Below are positions 9,458-18,325 of a DNA stretch of 31,342 bases, piece by piece. The notes under the pieces were generated by a model that was given only the letters and a program-made list of their open reading frames with translations, had not been told where the DNA came from and made no database searches. The position numbers and the translations under genes were made by a program. The stretch comes from Peduovirus P22H4: the sequence record NC_049385.1; one strand, given 5' to 3'. Position 1 is the first letter of the stretch; each line of letters opens with the position of its first letter.

Positions 9458-10093
9458 ATGAACACTCTCGCAAATATTCAGGAACTCGCGCGCGCACTGC
9501 GCAACATGATCCGCACCGGCGTTATCGTCGAAACCGACCTTAACGCCGGTCGCTGCCGTGTGCAGACCGGCGGCATGTGCACCGACTGGCTTCAGTGGCT
9601 GACCCATCGCGCAGGACGTTCGCGCACATGGTGGGCACCTTCCGTGGGGGAACAGGTGCTGATTCTGTCCGTGGGCGGTGAACTCGACACGGCGTTCGTT
9701 CTGCCGGGGATTTATTCCGGCGATAACCCTGCGCCGTCTGCGTCGTCTGATGCCCTGCATATCCGTTTCCCTGACGGGGCGGTGATTGAGTATGAACCTG
9801 AAACCAGTGCACTGACGGTAAGCGGAATTAAAACGGCCAGCGTGACGGCTTCTGATTCTGTTACCGCCACGGTGCCGGTGGTCATGGTGAAAGCGTCAAC
9901 CCGCATCACCCTGGACACCCCGGAGGTGGTCTGCACCAACAGACTGATTACCGGCACGCTGGAAGTACAGAAGGGCGGGACGATGCGCGGCAACATTGAA
10001 CACACCGGCGGTGAACTCTCATCAAACGGTAAGGTACTGCATACCCACAAACACCCCGGCGACAGCGGCGGCACAACCGGGAGTCCTTTATGA
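9458..10093 (+). CDS. V: Baseplate spike protein (P2 gpV)
   Basis: 211-aa ORF, P2 gpV length, in V-W-J-I synteny. Confidence 0.88.
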   Translation: MNTLANIQELARALRNMIRTGVIVETDLNAGRCRVQTGGMCTDWLQWLTHRAGRSRTWWAPSVGEQVLILSVGGELDTAFVLPGIYSGDNPAPSASSDALHIRFPDGAVIEYEPETSALTVSGIKTASVTASDSVTATVPVVMVKASTRITLDTPEVVCTNRLITGTLEVQKGGTMRGNIEHTGGELSSNGKVLHTHKHPGDSGGTTGSPL

Positions 10094-10437
10094 CAGCGCG
10101 TTATCTCGGAATGAATCGCAGTAATGGCCTGACTGTCACTGACCTTGAGCATATCAGCCAGAGTATCGGCGATATCCTGCGCACGCCGGTCGGCTCACGG
10201 GTGATGCGTCGTGATTACGGCTCGTTGCTGGCATCAATGATTGACCAGCCGCAGACCCCGGCGCTTGAGTTGCAGATTAAGGTCGCCTGTTACATGGCAG
10301 TGCTGAAATGGGAACCCCGCGTCACCCTGTCATCCGTCACCACGGCGCGCAGCTTTGACGGGCGAATGACGGTCACGTTGACCGGCCAGCACAACGACAC
10401 CGGCCAGCCACTTTCGTTAACCATCCCTGTGAGTTGA
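10090..10437 (+). CDS. W: Baseplate wedge protein (P2 gpW)
   Basis: 115-aa ORF, P2 gpW length; start overlaps the V stop. Confidence 0.88.
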   Translation: MTARYLGMNRSNGLTVTDLEHISQSIGDILRTPVGSRVMRRDYGSLLASMIDQPQTPALELQIKVACYMAVLKWEPRVTLSSVTTARSFDGRMTVTLTGQHNDTGQPLSLTIPVS

Positions 10438-10441
10438 AACC

Positions 10442-11350
10442 ATGCCGATTATCGACCTGAACCAGCTACCCGCACCGGATGTGGTCGAGGAGCTGGACTT
10501 TGAAACCATTCTTGCCGAACGCAAGGCGACACTGATTTCCCTTTACCCGGAAGACCAGCAGGAGGCGGTCGCCCGTACCCTGACGCTGGAATCCGAGCCT
10601 CTCGTCAAACTGCTGGAGGAAAATGCTTATCGTGAGCTTATCTGGCGTCAGCGTGTGAATGAGGCTGCACGGGCGGTGATGCTGGCCTGTGCAGCCGGTA
10701 ATGACCTTGATGTGATTGGTGCCAATTACAACACCACGCGCCTGACTATCACCCCGGCAGATGATTCGACCATTCCGCCGACACCGGCAGTGATGGAGTC
10801 TGACACCGATTATCGTCTGCGTATTCAGCAGGCGTTTGAGGGCTTAAGCGTCGCCGGGTCGGTGGGTGCCTATCAGTATCATGGTCGCAGTGCCGACGGG
10901 CGTGTCGCGGATATCTCTGTCACCAGTCCGTCTCCGGCCTGCGTCACCATCTCTGTGCTGTCACGTGAAAATAACGGTGTTGCATCCGAAGACCTGCTGG
11001 CCGTGGTGCGTAACGCCCTTAATGGTGAGGACGTCAGGCCGGTGGCCGACCGCGTGACCGTGCAGTCTGCCGCCATCGTTGAATACCAGATAAACGCCAC
11101 GCTTTACCTTTACCCTGGTCCCGAAAGCGAACCCATCCGCGCTGCCGCCGTGAAAAAACTGGAAGCGTATATCACGGCACAGCACCGGCTGGGGCGCGAC
11201 ATCCGTCTGTCTGCCATTTATGCCGCTTTGCATGTGGAAGGTGTGCAGCGTGTCGAACTGGCAGCACCACTGGCCGACATCGTGCTCAACAGTACGCAGG
11301 CGTCTTTCTGTACCGAATACCGCGTCGTGACCGGAGGCTCGGATGAGTGA
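10442..11350 (+). CDS. J: Baseplate assembly protein (P2 gpJ)
   Basis: 302-aa ORF, P2 gpJ length and position. Confidence 0.88.
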   Translation: MPIIDLNQLPAPDVVEELDFETILAERKATLISLYPEDQQEAVARTLTLESEPLVKLLEENAYRELIWRQRVNEAARAVMLACAAGNDLDVIGANYNTTRLTITPADDSTIPPTPAVMESDTDYRLRIQQAFEGLSVAGSVGAYQYHGRSADGRVADISVTSPSPACVTISVLSRENNGVASEDLLAVVRNALNGEDVRPVADRVTVQSAAIVEYQINATLYLYPGPESEPIRAAAVKKLEAYITAQHRLGRDIRLSAIYAALHVEGVQRVELAAPLADIVLNSTQASFCTEYRVVTGGSDE

Positions 11351-11873
11351 TTCGCGACTGCTGCCGACCGGCTCATCACCGCTTGAGGTCGCCGCCGCAA
11401 AAGCCTGTGCGGAAATTGAAAAAACGCCGGTCAGTATTCGTGAGCTGTGGAACCCGGACACCTGTCCGGCAAATCTGCTGCCGTGGCTGGCGTGGGCGTT
11501 TTCGGTCGACAGGTGGGATGAAAAGTGGCCGGAAGCGACAAAACGCGCCGTTATCCGCGATGCCTATTTCATCCACTGTCATAAAGGCACTATAGGTGCA
11601 ATCCGGCGTGTGGTGGAGCCGCTCGGCTATCTCATCAACGTGACGGAGTGGTGGGAAACCAGTGACCCGCCGGGCACCTTCCGGCTTGATATTGGTGTAC
11701 TGGAAAGTGGCATCACAGAGGCAATGTATCAGGAAATGGAACGGCTGATTGCTGATGCCAAACCTGCAAGTCGCCACCTTATTGGCCTGAACATTACCCG
11801 GGACATTCCCGGCTACCTGTTCGCCGGTTGTGTGGCTTACGACGGCGATGTAATTACGGTTTACCCCGGATAA
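11343..11873 (+). CDS. I: Baseplate/tail protein (P2 gpI)
   Basis: 176-aa ORF, P2 gpI length; start overlaps the end of J. Confidence 0.88.
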   Translation: MSDSRLLPTGSSPLEVAAAKACAEIEKTPVSIRELWNPDTCPANLLPWLAWAFSVDRWDEKWPEATKRAVIRDAYFIHCHKGTIGAIRRVVEPLGYLINVTEWWETSDPPGTFRLDIGVLESGITEAMYQEMERLIADAKPASRHLIGLNITRDIPGYLFAGCVAYDGDVITVYPG

Positions 11874-11883
11874 GTGAGGAATA

Positions 11884-14130
11884 ATGAGCACAAAATTCAG
11901 AACCGTTATCACCACTGCCGGTGCAGCAAAGCTGGCAGCGGCAACCGCGCCGGGAGGGCGGAAGGTCAACATTACCACGATGGCCGTCGGGGATGGCGGT
12001 GGTAAATTGCCTGTCCCGGATGCCGGACAGACCGGGCTTATCCACGAAGTCTGGCGACATGCGCTGAACAAAATCAGCCAGGACAAACGAAACAGTAATT
12101 ATATTATCGCAGAGCTGGTTATTCCGCCGGAGGTGGGCGGTTTCTGGATGCGTGAGCTTGGCCTGTACGATGATGCGGGAACGTTAATTGCCGTGGCGAA
12201 CATGGCCGAAAGTTATAAGCCTGCCCTTGCCGAAGGCTCAGGGCGTTCGCAGACCTGCCGTATGGTCATCATCGTCAGCAGTGTGGCCTCAGTGGAGCTG
12301 ACCATTGACACCACAACGGTGATGGCAACGCAGGATTATGTTGATGACAAAATTGCAGAACATGAACAGTCACGACGTCACCCGGACGCCTCGCTGACCG
12401 CCAAAGGTTTTACTCAGTTAAGCAGTGCGACCAACAGCACGTCTGAAACACTCGCCGCAACACCAAAAGCGGTAAAAGCAGCATATGACCTTGCTAACGG
12501 AAAATATACCGCTCAGGACGCCAGCACGGGGCGAAAAGGTCTTGTCCAGCTCAGTAGTGCCACCAACAGCACGTCTGAAACGCTCGCCGCAACACCAAAA
12601 GCGGTAAAAGCAGCATATGACCTTGCTAACGGGAAATACACTGCACAGGATGCCACCACCGCGCGAAAAGGCCTTGTTCAGCTCAGTAGTGCCACCAACA
12701 GCGATTCTGAAACGCTGGCCGCAACGCCAAAGGCGGTTAAGACAGCGTATGACCTTGCTAACGGGAAATACACTGCACAGGATGCCACCACAGCGCGAAA
12801 AGGTCTTGTCCAGCTAAGTAGCGCCACCAACAGTGATTCTGAAACGCTGGCCGCAACACCAAAAGCGGTGAAGTCTGCCAATGACAATGCTGAAAAACGT
12901 CTTCAGAAAGATCAGAACGGTGCGGATATTCCTGATAAAGAACGCTTCCTGAGTAACATTAATGTTTACAGCAAAGGTGAAGTGGATAAGAAAAAGGGAA
13001 TGCGAAAGTATTCGTTTGCAGCCCCTGCAAATGTCGTTGCCGGGAAGTGGTATCCCGTTATCTTTCGCCGTGCTGCCAGCCTTTCAGGAGAAATGGCATC
13101 CCGCGTCGTTATTTCCACTGGTTGTTATAACGGCGATTATGTAATGAATAACTGCGAGTTTAATGGCATGGTTATGCCCGGAGGATGGACTGATCGTGGT
13201 TCATATGCGGCAGGTTATTTCTGGACGTATCAGACCAATGAGCGTTCAATCCATTCCATTGTTACAAGCCTGAAAGATGATGATGTATGTAGTGTTTTTT
13301 ATGTTGAAGCCAGAGCTTTCCCTGTGCAAATTCTTGCAGAGGAAGGGCTAACGGTTATTGTTCCGACAGAGGATTATGTCGTCGGTCAAACGACATATAA
13401 GTGGGGGGCAACTAATCCCGCTACAGAAAGCACGAACGCACAGGCTATTCTGGATTTTAAAAATGGGCGCGGTTATTACTGCTCACATCCATTTATTTCT
13501 AACCTTTCAGGAAATGCTGCAACAGCCTCAAAACTCGAAACACCGAGGAAAATAGCAGGTGTTGCCTTTGATGGTTCTGGAGATATTACCCTTAATGCCA
13601 GAAATGTCGGTGCATTTGCACTTCGGCAGACAGGTAATACGGTTAATGGTGATACAGCCGTTGGATGGAATTGGGACAGTGGCGCATACAACGCTCTGAT
13701 TGGGGGAGCATCTGCATTAATTCTTCACTTTAATATAAATGCTGGTAGCTGCCCGGCTGTACAGTTTCGTGTGAATTATAAAAATGGCGGTATATCTTAC
13801 AGGTCAGCCCGTGATGGTTATGGTTTTGAATCTGGCTGGTCTGATTTCTATACCACAACACGAAAACCCTCAGCGGGAGATGTTGGTGCATACACCAAAG
13901 CTGAGTCAGATTCACGTTATGTGAGAGACATGCGGCTGGGCGGTGCATCTACATATAAACCAGCAAATAATGGTACTGCATGGACGCATCAGGCTCCGTC
14001 AGGTTGCGTATATACCGGCATTATTGTTCAGGATACCGGCTCAAACTCTGCCGATAACATTGGTGGCGTATATTACAGACCAGTGCAGAAATACATTAAC
14101 GGGACATGGTATAACGTGGCGCAGGTATAA
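11884..14130 (+). CDS. H: Tail fibre protein (P2 gpH-like) with expanded internal repeats and a divergent distal half
   Basis: 748-aa ORF, longer than the ~669 aa I recall for P2 H; N-terminal region is GC-rich and P2-like; contains 44-aa tandem repeats; the C-terminal half is lower in GC. Confidence 0.85.
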   Translation: MSTKFRTVITTAGAAKLAAATAPGGRKVNITTMAVGDGGGKLPVPDAGQTGLIHEVWRHALNKISQDKRNSNYIIAELVIPPEVGGFWMRELGLYDDAGTLIAVANMAESYKPALAEGSGRSQTCRMVIIVSSVASVELTIDTTTVMATQDYVDDKIAEHEQSRRHPDASLTAKGFTQLSSATNSTSETLAATPKAVKAAYDLANGKYTAQDASTGRKGLVQLSSATNSTSETLAATPKAVKAAYDLANGKYTAQDATTARKGLVQLSSATNSDSETLAATPKAVKTAYDLANGKYTAQDATTARKGLVQLSSATNSDSETLAATPKAVKSANDNAEKRLQKDQNGADIPDKERFLSNINVYSKGEVDKKKGMRKYSFAAPANVVAGKWYPVIFRRAASLSGEMASRVVISTGCYNGDYVMNNCEFNGMVMPGGWTDRGSYAAGYFWTYQTNERSIHSIVTSLKDDDVCSVFYVEARAFPVQILAEEGLTVIVPTEDYVVGQTTYKWGATNPATESTNAQAILDFKNGRGYYCSHPFISNLSGNAATASKLETPRKIAGVAFDGSGDITLNARNVGAFALRQTGNTVNGDTAVGWNWDSGAYNALIGGASALILHFNINAGSCPAVQFRVNYKNGGISYRSARDGYGFESGWSDFYTTTRKPSAGDVGAYTKAESDSRYVRDMRLGGASTYKPANNGTAWTHQAPSGCVYTGIIVQDTGSNSADNIGGVYYRPVQKYINGTWYNVAQV
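12406..12873 (+). repeat. Coding tandem repeat, 132-bp period, about 3.5 copies (44-aa tail-fibre repeat)
   Basis: Three full near-identical 132-bp units begin at 12406, 12538 and 12670, with a partial fourth from 12802; each encodes G(L/F)xQLSSATNS(T/D)SETLAATPKAVK(A/T)AYDLANGKYTAQDA. Confidence 0.9.
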
Positions 14131-14133
14131 TTT

Positions 14134-14661
14134 ATGCAGCATTTAAAAAATATTACGGCGGGTAATCCAAAAACGGTTGAACAATATCAATTGACAAAGG
14201 ACTTTGATGTTGTCTGGTTTTTTTCAGAAGATGGTAAGAACTGGTACGAACAACAAAAGTATTTTGCTGATGACACGATAAAAATAGCGTACGACAAAGA
14301 TAATATTATCCGCTATGTGGAAAAGGATGTGACAGCTATCAGACCGGATGGATTAAGTGTGGTTGAAGTGGCGGATATTACTGCTAATCGGCGGGCGGAC
14401 ATTTCAGGGAACTGGATGTTTAAGGACGGCAAAGTGATTAAACGCATTTATACGGAAGAGGAATTACAGCAGCAGGCAGAAATTCGGAAAGCCAGACTTC
14501 TTGCAGATGCTGAATCCGTGATTTTGCCGCTGGAGCGCGCGGTCAGACTGAACATGGCAACAGATGAGGAGCGTAGCCGACTGGATGCATGGGAGCGTTA
14601 CAGCGTTCTGGTCAGTCGTGTGGATCCTGCAAATCCTGAATGGCCGGAAATGCCGCAATAA
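14134..14661 (+). CDS. G: Tail fibre assembly chaperone (P2 gpG-like)
   Basis: 175-aa ORF immediately after H; AT-rich like the distal part of H. Confidence 0.8.
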   Translation: MQHLKNITAGNPKTVEQYQLTKDFDVVWFFSEDGKNWYEQQKYFADDTIKIAYDKDNIIRYVEKDVTAIRPDGLSVVEVADITANRRADISGNWMFKDGKVIKRIYTEEELQQQAEIRKARLLADAESVILPLERAVRLNMATDEERSRLDAWERYSVLVSRVDPANPEWPEMPQ

Positions 14662-14853
14662 GTTGTATGAGCTCTGGTGTGAGCTTACATATCTATGGCA
14701 CAGAGTAAAGACTAATCTGACAGTCCGCTCTGTGCCAAAAACGGGCAGAGTGAATGGCTAAGTCTAGCTCATTAGAAATGTTCGCTTCATGAAAATGGCT
14801 GCAGCAAGGATCTATCTCACTGCGGCCTCTTTACAATAACGAAATTTTGCGAG

Positions 14854-15609
14854 CTATTCCTTGGCCTCTTTATTTTTCTCGCCATCGCCAATGTAAAGAA
14901 GATAATCGTTTAAGGATATCCTTCCGGAGGGGCCGGTCCATGTTATCCATCCGTTCTCACGAAGATTAAATAATGCTTCCATGAACTCATTATCGTTAAA
15001 AGAATGATCCTCTGAGAACAGAATGTTCATTTTTCTCAATAGTTCTTCCACTTTAATCTTTTCATATCGCCTTATCAGACTTAGTGCTTTACGACGCATT
15101 AAGATTGTAGGTACTGCTTGTGAACGAATGGTTTTTTGTATTCCACTATCAAGAACTTTCTTGATCTTACTCTCTAACTCTTTGATTTTAGTTTCATTAT
15201 CTCCATTGGACTTAAGCTTTTCATCAACGATGCAAATAATTTCCTGACTAATGCTGTTCTTGAGGTTGTTTATTTTTTCTTCATTGTTGAGAATCTCATC
15301 AGAGCTTCCTGCATGGGGTTTTTTCCATATGTGCTGACGCATATCCGTTACCGTATCTCTCATCATAGAGAATGTATCTGAATATAACTTGTCAAATATT
15401 TTTTCCAGTCGTTCGACACTTGCCTGGATGTCTTTTGCTGCTTTAGTTGTCTCTTTAGAAGCCTCATTCGACATTTTATAAAAAACAAAAGAAAGCCAAA
15501 TAGCCCCAATGGCGAGTACTAATGAGGCTATTGTGGCAATAAAACCTATTATTGTTATTGCTGTATCTAATGTACCTGCTGCATCTGTGACTACTGTTTC
15601 TGCTGCCAT
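14854..15609 (-). CDS. Hypothetical membrane-anchored protein; AT-rich cargo gene at the P2 Z/fun hotspot, candidate exclusion or defence function
   Basis: 251-aa ORF on the opposite strand to the flanking late operons; ATG start with an AGGA-type RBS; one predicted N-terminal TM helix (ITIIGFIATIASLVLAIGAIWLSFVFY) then a Lys/Glu-rich helical region; about 33% GC on the line I counted. Confidence 0.7.
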   Translation of the reverse strand: MAAETVVTDAAGTLDTAITIIGFIATIASLVLAIGAIWLSFVFYKMSNEASKETTKAAKDIQASVERLEKIFDKLYSDTFSMMRDTVTDMRQHIWKKPHAGSSDEILNNEEKINNLKNSISQEIICIVDEKLKSNGDNETKIKELESKIKKVLDSGIQKTIRSQAVPTILMRRKALSLIRRYEKIKVEELLRKMNILFSEDHSFNDNEFMEALFNLRENGWITWTGPSGRISLNDYLLYIGDGEKNKEAKE

Positions 15610-16119
15610 ATATCCTCAATATTTAACCATACAGGGTAGCGTGTTTTAACCGCGGGGAAGTCGGGGTGGTGACACCCTAGCCTTACCCCGATTCCAGAGT
15701 ATTTATTTATCATACCATTGAAACTATTTAATTTTATCGAAAATTTTGTCAGAGCGTGACTGAAAAGTCTTCAGCACGTCAAGCATATCGTCGCCGTTCA
15801 ATTAACACTGAGCCTTTTCTTAGAGGGGTGGGCTGCGCAGTTGCGAGGTTATGCCCCAGTTCCTAGTTCCTCACTACATTCTAATTAAGCCGGCCAACTA
15901 AATGTCCGCTTTTCGCTCAAAGCAGACTGTCAGATTTGATAGCGTTTGGGCTATGTAAATTGTCAGTTGGAAAATGAGTGAGTACAAATCAGGATAGGCT
16001 GGCGGATTACCCGCCTTTTCTTTGTCTGTTGTTTCATCCCCTGACCAGCCAGGTCAAATAGCGTCTCATGCTCTGCACAACAGAAAATAGTTGCACCCAT
16101 TAACCACGGAGTTAAACGG
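15610..16119. promoter_or_regulatory. Long intergenic region holding the presumed cargo-gene promoter and the late promoter for FI (P2 PF equivalent)
   Basis: 510 bp with no ORF of 60 aa or more in the track; divergent layout between the minus-strand cargo gene and FI. Confidence 0.4.
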
Positions 16120-17310
16120 ATGAGTGACTATCATCACGGCGTGCAGGTGCTGGAGATTAACGACGGCACCCGCGTCATTTCCACTGTATCCACTGCCATT
16201 GTCGGCATGGTCTGCACGGCCAGCGATGCGGATGCGGAAACCTTCCCCCTCAATAAACCTGTGCTGATTACCAATGTGCAGAGCGCAATTGCAAAGGCCG
16301 GTAAAAAAGGCACGCTGGCGGCGTCGCTGCAGGCCATCGCTGACCAGTCAAAACCGGTCACCGTTGTCGTGCGTGTGGAAGACGGCACCGGCGACGACGA
16401 AGAAACGAAACTCGCGCAGACCGTTTCCAATATCATCGGCACCACCGACGAAAACGGTCAGTACACCGGACTGAAAGCCCTGATGGGCGCTGAGTCGGTT
16501 ACCGGCGTTAAACCGCGTATTCTCGGCGTGCCGGGACTGGACACCAAAGAGGTCGCCGTCGCACTGGCATCGGTATGCCAGGAACTGAATGCATTCGGGT
16601 ATATCAGCGCATGGGGCTGTAAGACCATTTCCGAGGCAAAAGCCTACCGTCAGAATTTCAGCCAGCGTGAGCTGATGGTCATCTGGCCGGATTTCCTCGC
16701 ATGGGATACGGTTACCAGTACCACCGCCACCGCGTATGCCACCGCCCGTGCGCTGGGTCTGCGCGCTAAAATCGACCAGGAGCAGGGCTGGCATAAAACG
16801 CTGTCCAACGTCGGGGTGAACGGTGTTACCGGCATCAGTGCATCCGTCTTCTGGGATTTGCAGAAGCCGGGCACTGATGCTGACCTGCTTAACGAGTCAG
16901 GCGTCACTACGCTGATTCGCCGCGACGGTTTCCGCTTCTGGGGTAACCGTACCTGCTCTGATGATCCGCTGTTCCTCTTTGAAAGTTACACCCGCACCGC
17001 GCAGGTACTGGCCGACACGATGGCTGAGGCGCACATGTGGGCTATTGATAAGCCCATCACCGCAACGCTGATTCGCGACATCATTGACGGCATCAATGCC
17101 AAATTCCGTGAACTGAAAAACAACGGTTATATCGTGGATGGTACATGCTGGTTCAGCGAAGAGTCCAACGATGCGGAAACCCTCAAGGCCGGCAAACTGT
17201 ATATCGACTACGACTATACCCCGGTGCCTCCTCTTGAAAATCTGACCCTGCGCCAGCGTATTACCGATAAATACCTGGCAAATCTGGTCACCTCGGTTAA
17301 CAGCAATTAA
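16120..17310 (+). CDS. FI: Tail sheath protein (P2 gpFI)
   Basis: 396-aa ORF, P2 FI length; followed by FII. Confidence 0.9.
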   Translation: MSDYHHGVQVLEINDGTRVISTVSTAIVGMVCTASDADAETFPLNKPVLITNVQSAIAKAGKKGTLAASLQAIADQSKPVTVVVRVEDGTGDDEETKLAQTVSNIIGTTDENGQYTGLKALMGAESVTGVKPRILGVPGLDTKEVAVALASVCQELNAFGYISAWGCKTISEAKAYRQNFSQRELMVIWPDFLAWDTVTSTTATAYATARALGLRAKIDQEQGWHKTLSNVGVNGVTGISASVFWDLQKPGTDADLLNESGVTTLIRRDGFRFWGNRTCSDDPLFLFESYTRTAQVLADTMAEAHMWAIDKPITATLIRDIIDGINAKFRELKNNGYIVDGTCWFSEESNDAETLKAGKLYIDYDYTPVPPLENLTLRQRITDKYLANLVTSVNSN

Positions 17311-17322
17311 GGAGCCTGACCG

Positions 17323-17841
17323 ATGGCAATGCCGCGCAAACTCAAGTTAATGAACGTCTTTCTGAACGGCTACAGCTATCAGGGCGTTGCAAAGTCCGTC
17401 ACGCTGCCAAAACTGACCCGTAAGCTCGAAAACTATCGCGGTGCGGGGATGAACGGCAGCGCACCGGTAGACCTCGGCCTTGATGATGATGCGCTGTCAA
17501 TGGAGTGGTCGCTCGGTGGCTTCCCGGATTCGGTTATCTGGGAGCTTTACGCCGCAACCGGTGTGGATGCCGTACCGATTCGTTTTGCAGGCTCTTACCA
17601 GCGTGACGATACCGGCGAAACGGTGGCCGTCGAGGTGGTCATGCGTGGACGTCAGAAAGAAATCGACACCGGCGAGGGTAAACAGGGAGAAGACACCGAG
17701 TCGAAAATCTCCGTGGTCTGCACCTATTTCCGGCTGACGATGGACGGTAAGGAGCTGGTCGAAATCGACACCATCAACATGATTGAGAAGGTGAACGGCG
17801 TCGACCGGCTGGAGCAACACCGCCGCAATATCGGCCTGTAA
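17323..17841 (+). CDS. FII: Tail tube protein (P2 gpFII)
   Basis: 172-aa ORF, P2 FII length; an AGGAG RBS precedes the ATG. Confidence 0.9.
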   Translation: MAMPRKLKLMNVFLNGYSYQGVAKSVTLPKLTRKLENYRGAGMNGSAPVDLGLDDDALSMEWSLGGFPDSVIWELYAATGVDAVPIRFAGSYQRDDTGETVAVEVVMRGRQKEIDTGEGKQGEDTESKISVVCTYFRLTMDGKELVEIDTINMIEKVNGVDRLEQHRRNIGL

Positions 17842-17897
17842 TTGTCATCCGGTCAGCCTGGCTGACCGGTTAACCCCGATTCAGAAGTGAGAAAACC

Positions 17898-18173
17898 ATG
17901 AACAAAGAAAACGTCATTACCCTGGACAATCCGGTCAAACGTGGTGAGCAGGTTATCGAACAGGTCACGCTGATGAAACCTAACGCCGGGACGCTGCGCG
18001 GTGTCAGTCTGGCTGCGGTCGCGAACTCCGAAGTCGATGCACTGATTAAGGTGCTGCCGCGCATGACTGCACCGATGCTGACCGAGCAGGAAGTCGCCGC
18101 ACTGGAACTGCCTGACCTTGTGGCGCTGGCCGGTAAGGTGGTCGGTTTTTTGTCGCCGAACTCGGTGCAGTGA
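17898..18173 (+). CDS. E: Tail assembly chaperone (P2 gpE)
   Basis: 91-aa ORF between FII and T; contains the slippery heptamer TTTTTTG near its 3' end. Confidence 0.85.
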   Translation: MNKENVITLDNPVKRGEQVIEQVTLMKPNAGTLRGVSLAAVANSEVDALIKVLPRMTAPMLTEQEVAALELPDLVALAGKVVGFLSPNSVQ

Positions 18174-18325
18174 CGTTTCCGAAAAATCTCTCGGTCGATG
18201 ACCTGATGGCGGATGTGGCAGTGATATTTCACTGGCCGCCATCAGAACTGTATCCCATGAGCCTGACCGAACTCATCACATGGCGCGAAAAGGCGCTCCG
18301 GCGAAGCGGAAACACGAATGAGTAA
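17898..18325 (+). CDS. E': Tail assembly chaperone frameshift product (P2 gpE+E'), made by -1 programmed ribosomal frameshifting
   Basis: T6G slippery run at 18146-18152 inside E; the -1 frame is open from there to TAA at 18323-18325 and encodes ...VAELGAVTFPKNLSVDDLMADVAVIFHWPPSELYPMSLTELITWREKALRRSGNTNE. Confidence 0.7.

Noticed and set aside
12406-12873. Possible CRISPR-like array, given the regularly spaced repeats
   Set aside because: The units are contiguous with no spacers, are in-frame coding sequence of the tail fibre, and are 132 bp long; not a CRISPR array.
12617-12887. Short ORFs 12617-12817 (+) and 12678-12887 (-) with internally repeated peptide
   Set aside because: They are out-of-frame and antisense readings of the 132-bp tandem repeat inside H; the repetition is inherited from the DNA repeat.
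14697-14737. Inverted repeat GGCACAGAG...CTCTGTGCC downstream of G as a bidirectional terminator
   Set aside because: The loop is about 23 nt, and the flanking run is A-rich on the plus strand rather than a T-tract after the stem; not a convincing intrinsic terminator in either direction.
15660-15685. 13-bp match (TAGGGTGTCACCA in reverse complement) between the gap near 15664-15676 and the attP flank near 22851-22863
   Set aside because: Among roughly 10^9 position pairs in a 31-kb window on two strands, several 13-bp matches are expected by chance; no extended similarity around it.
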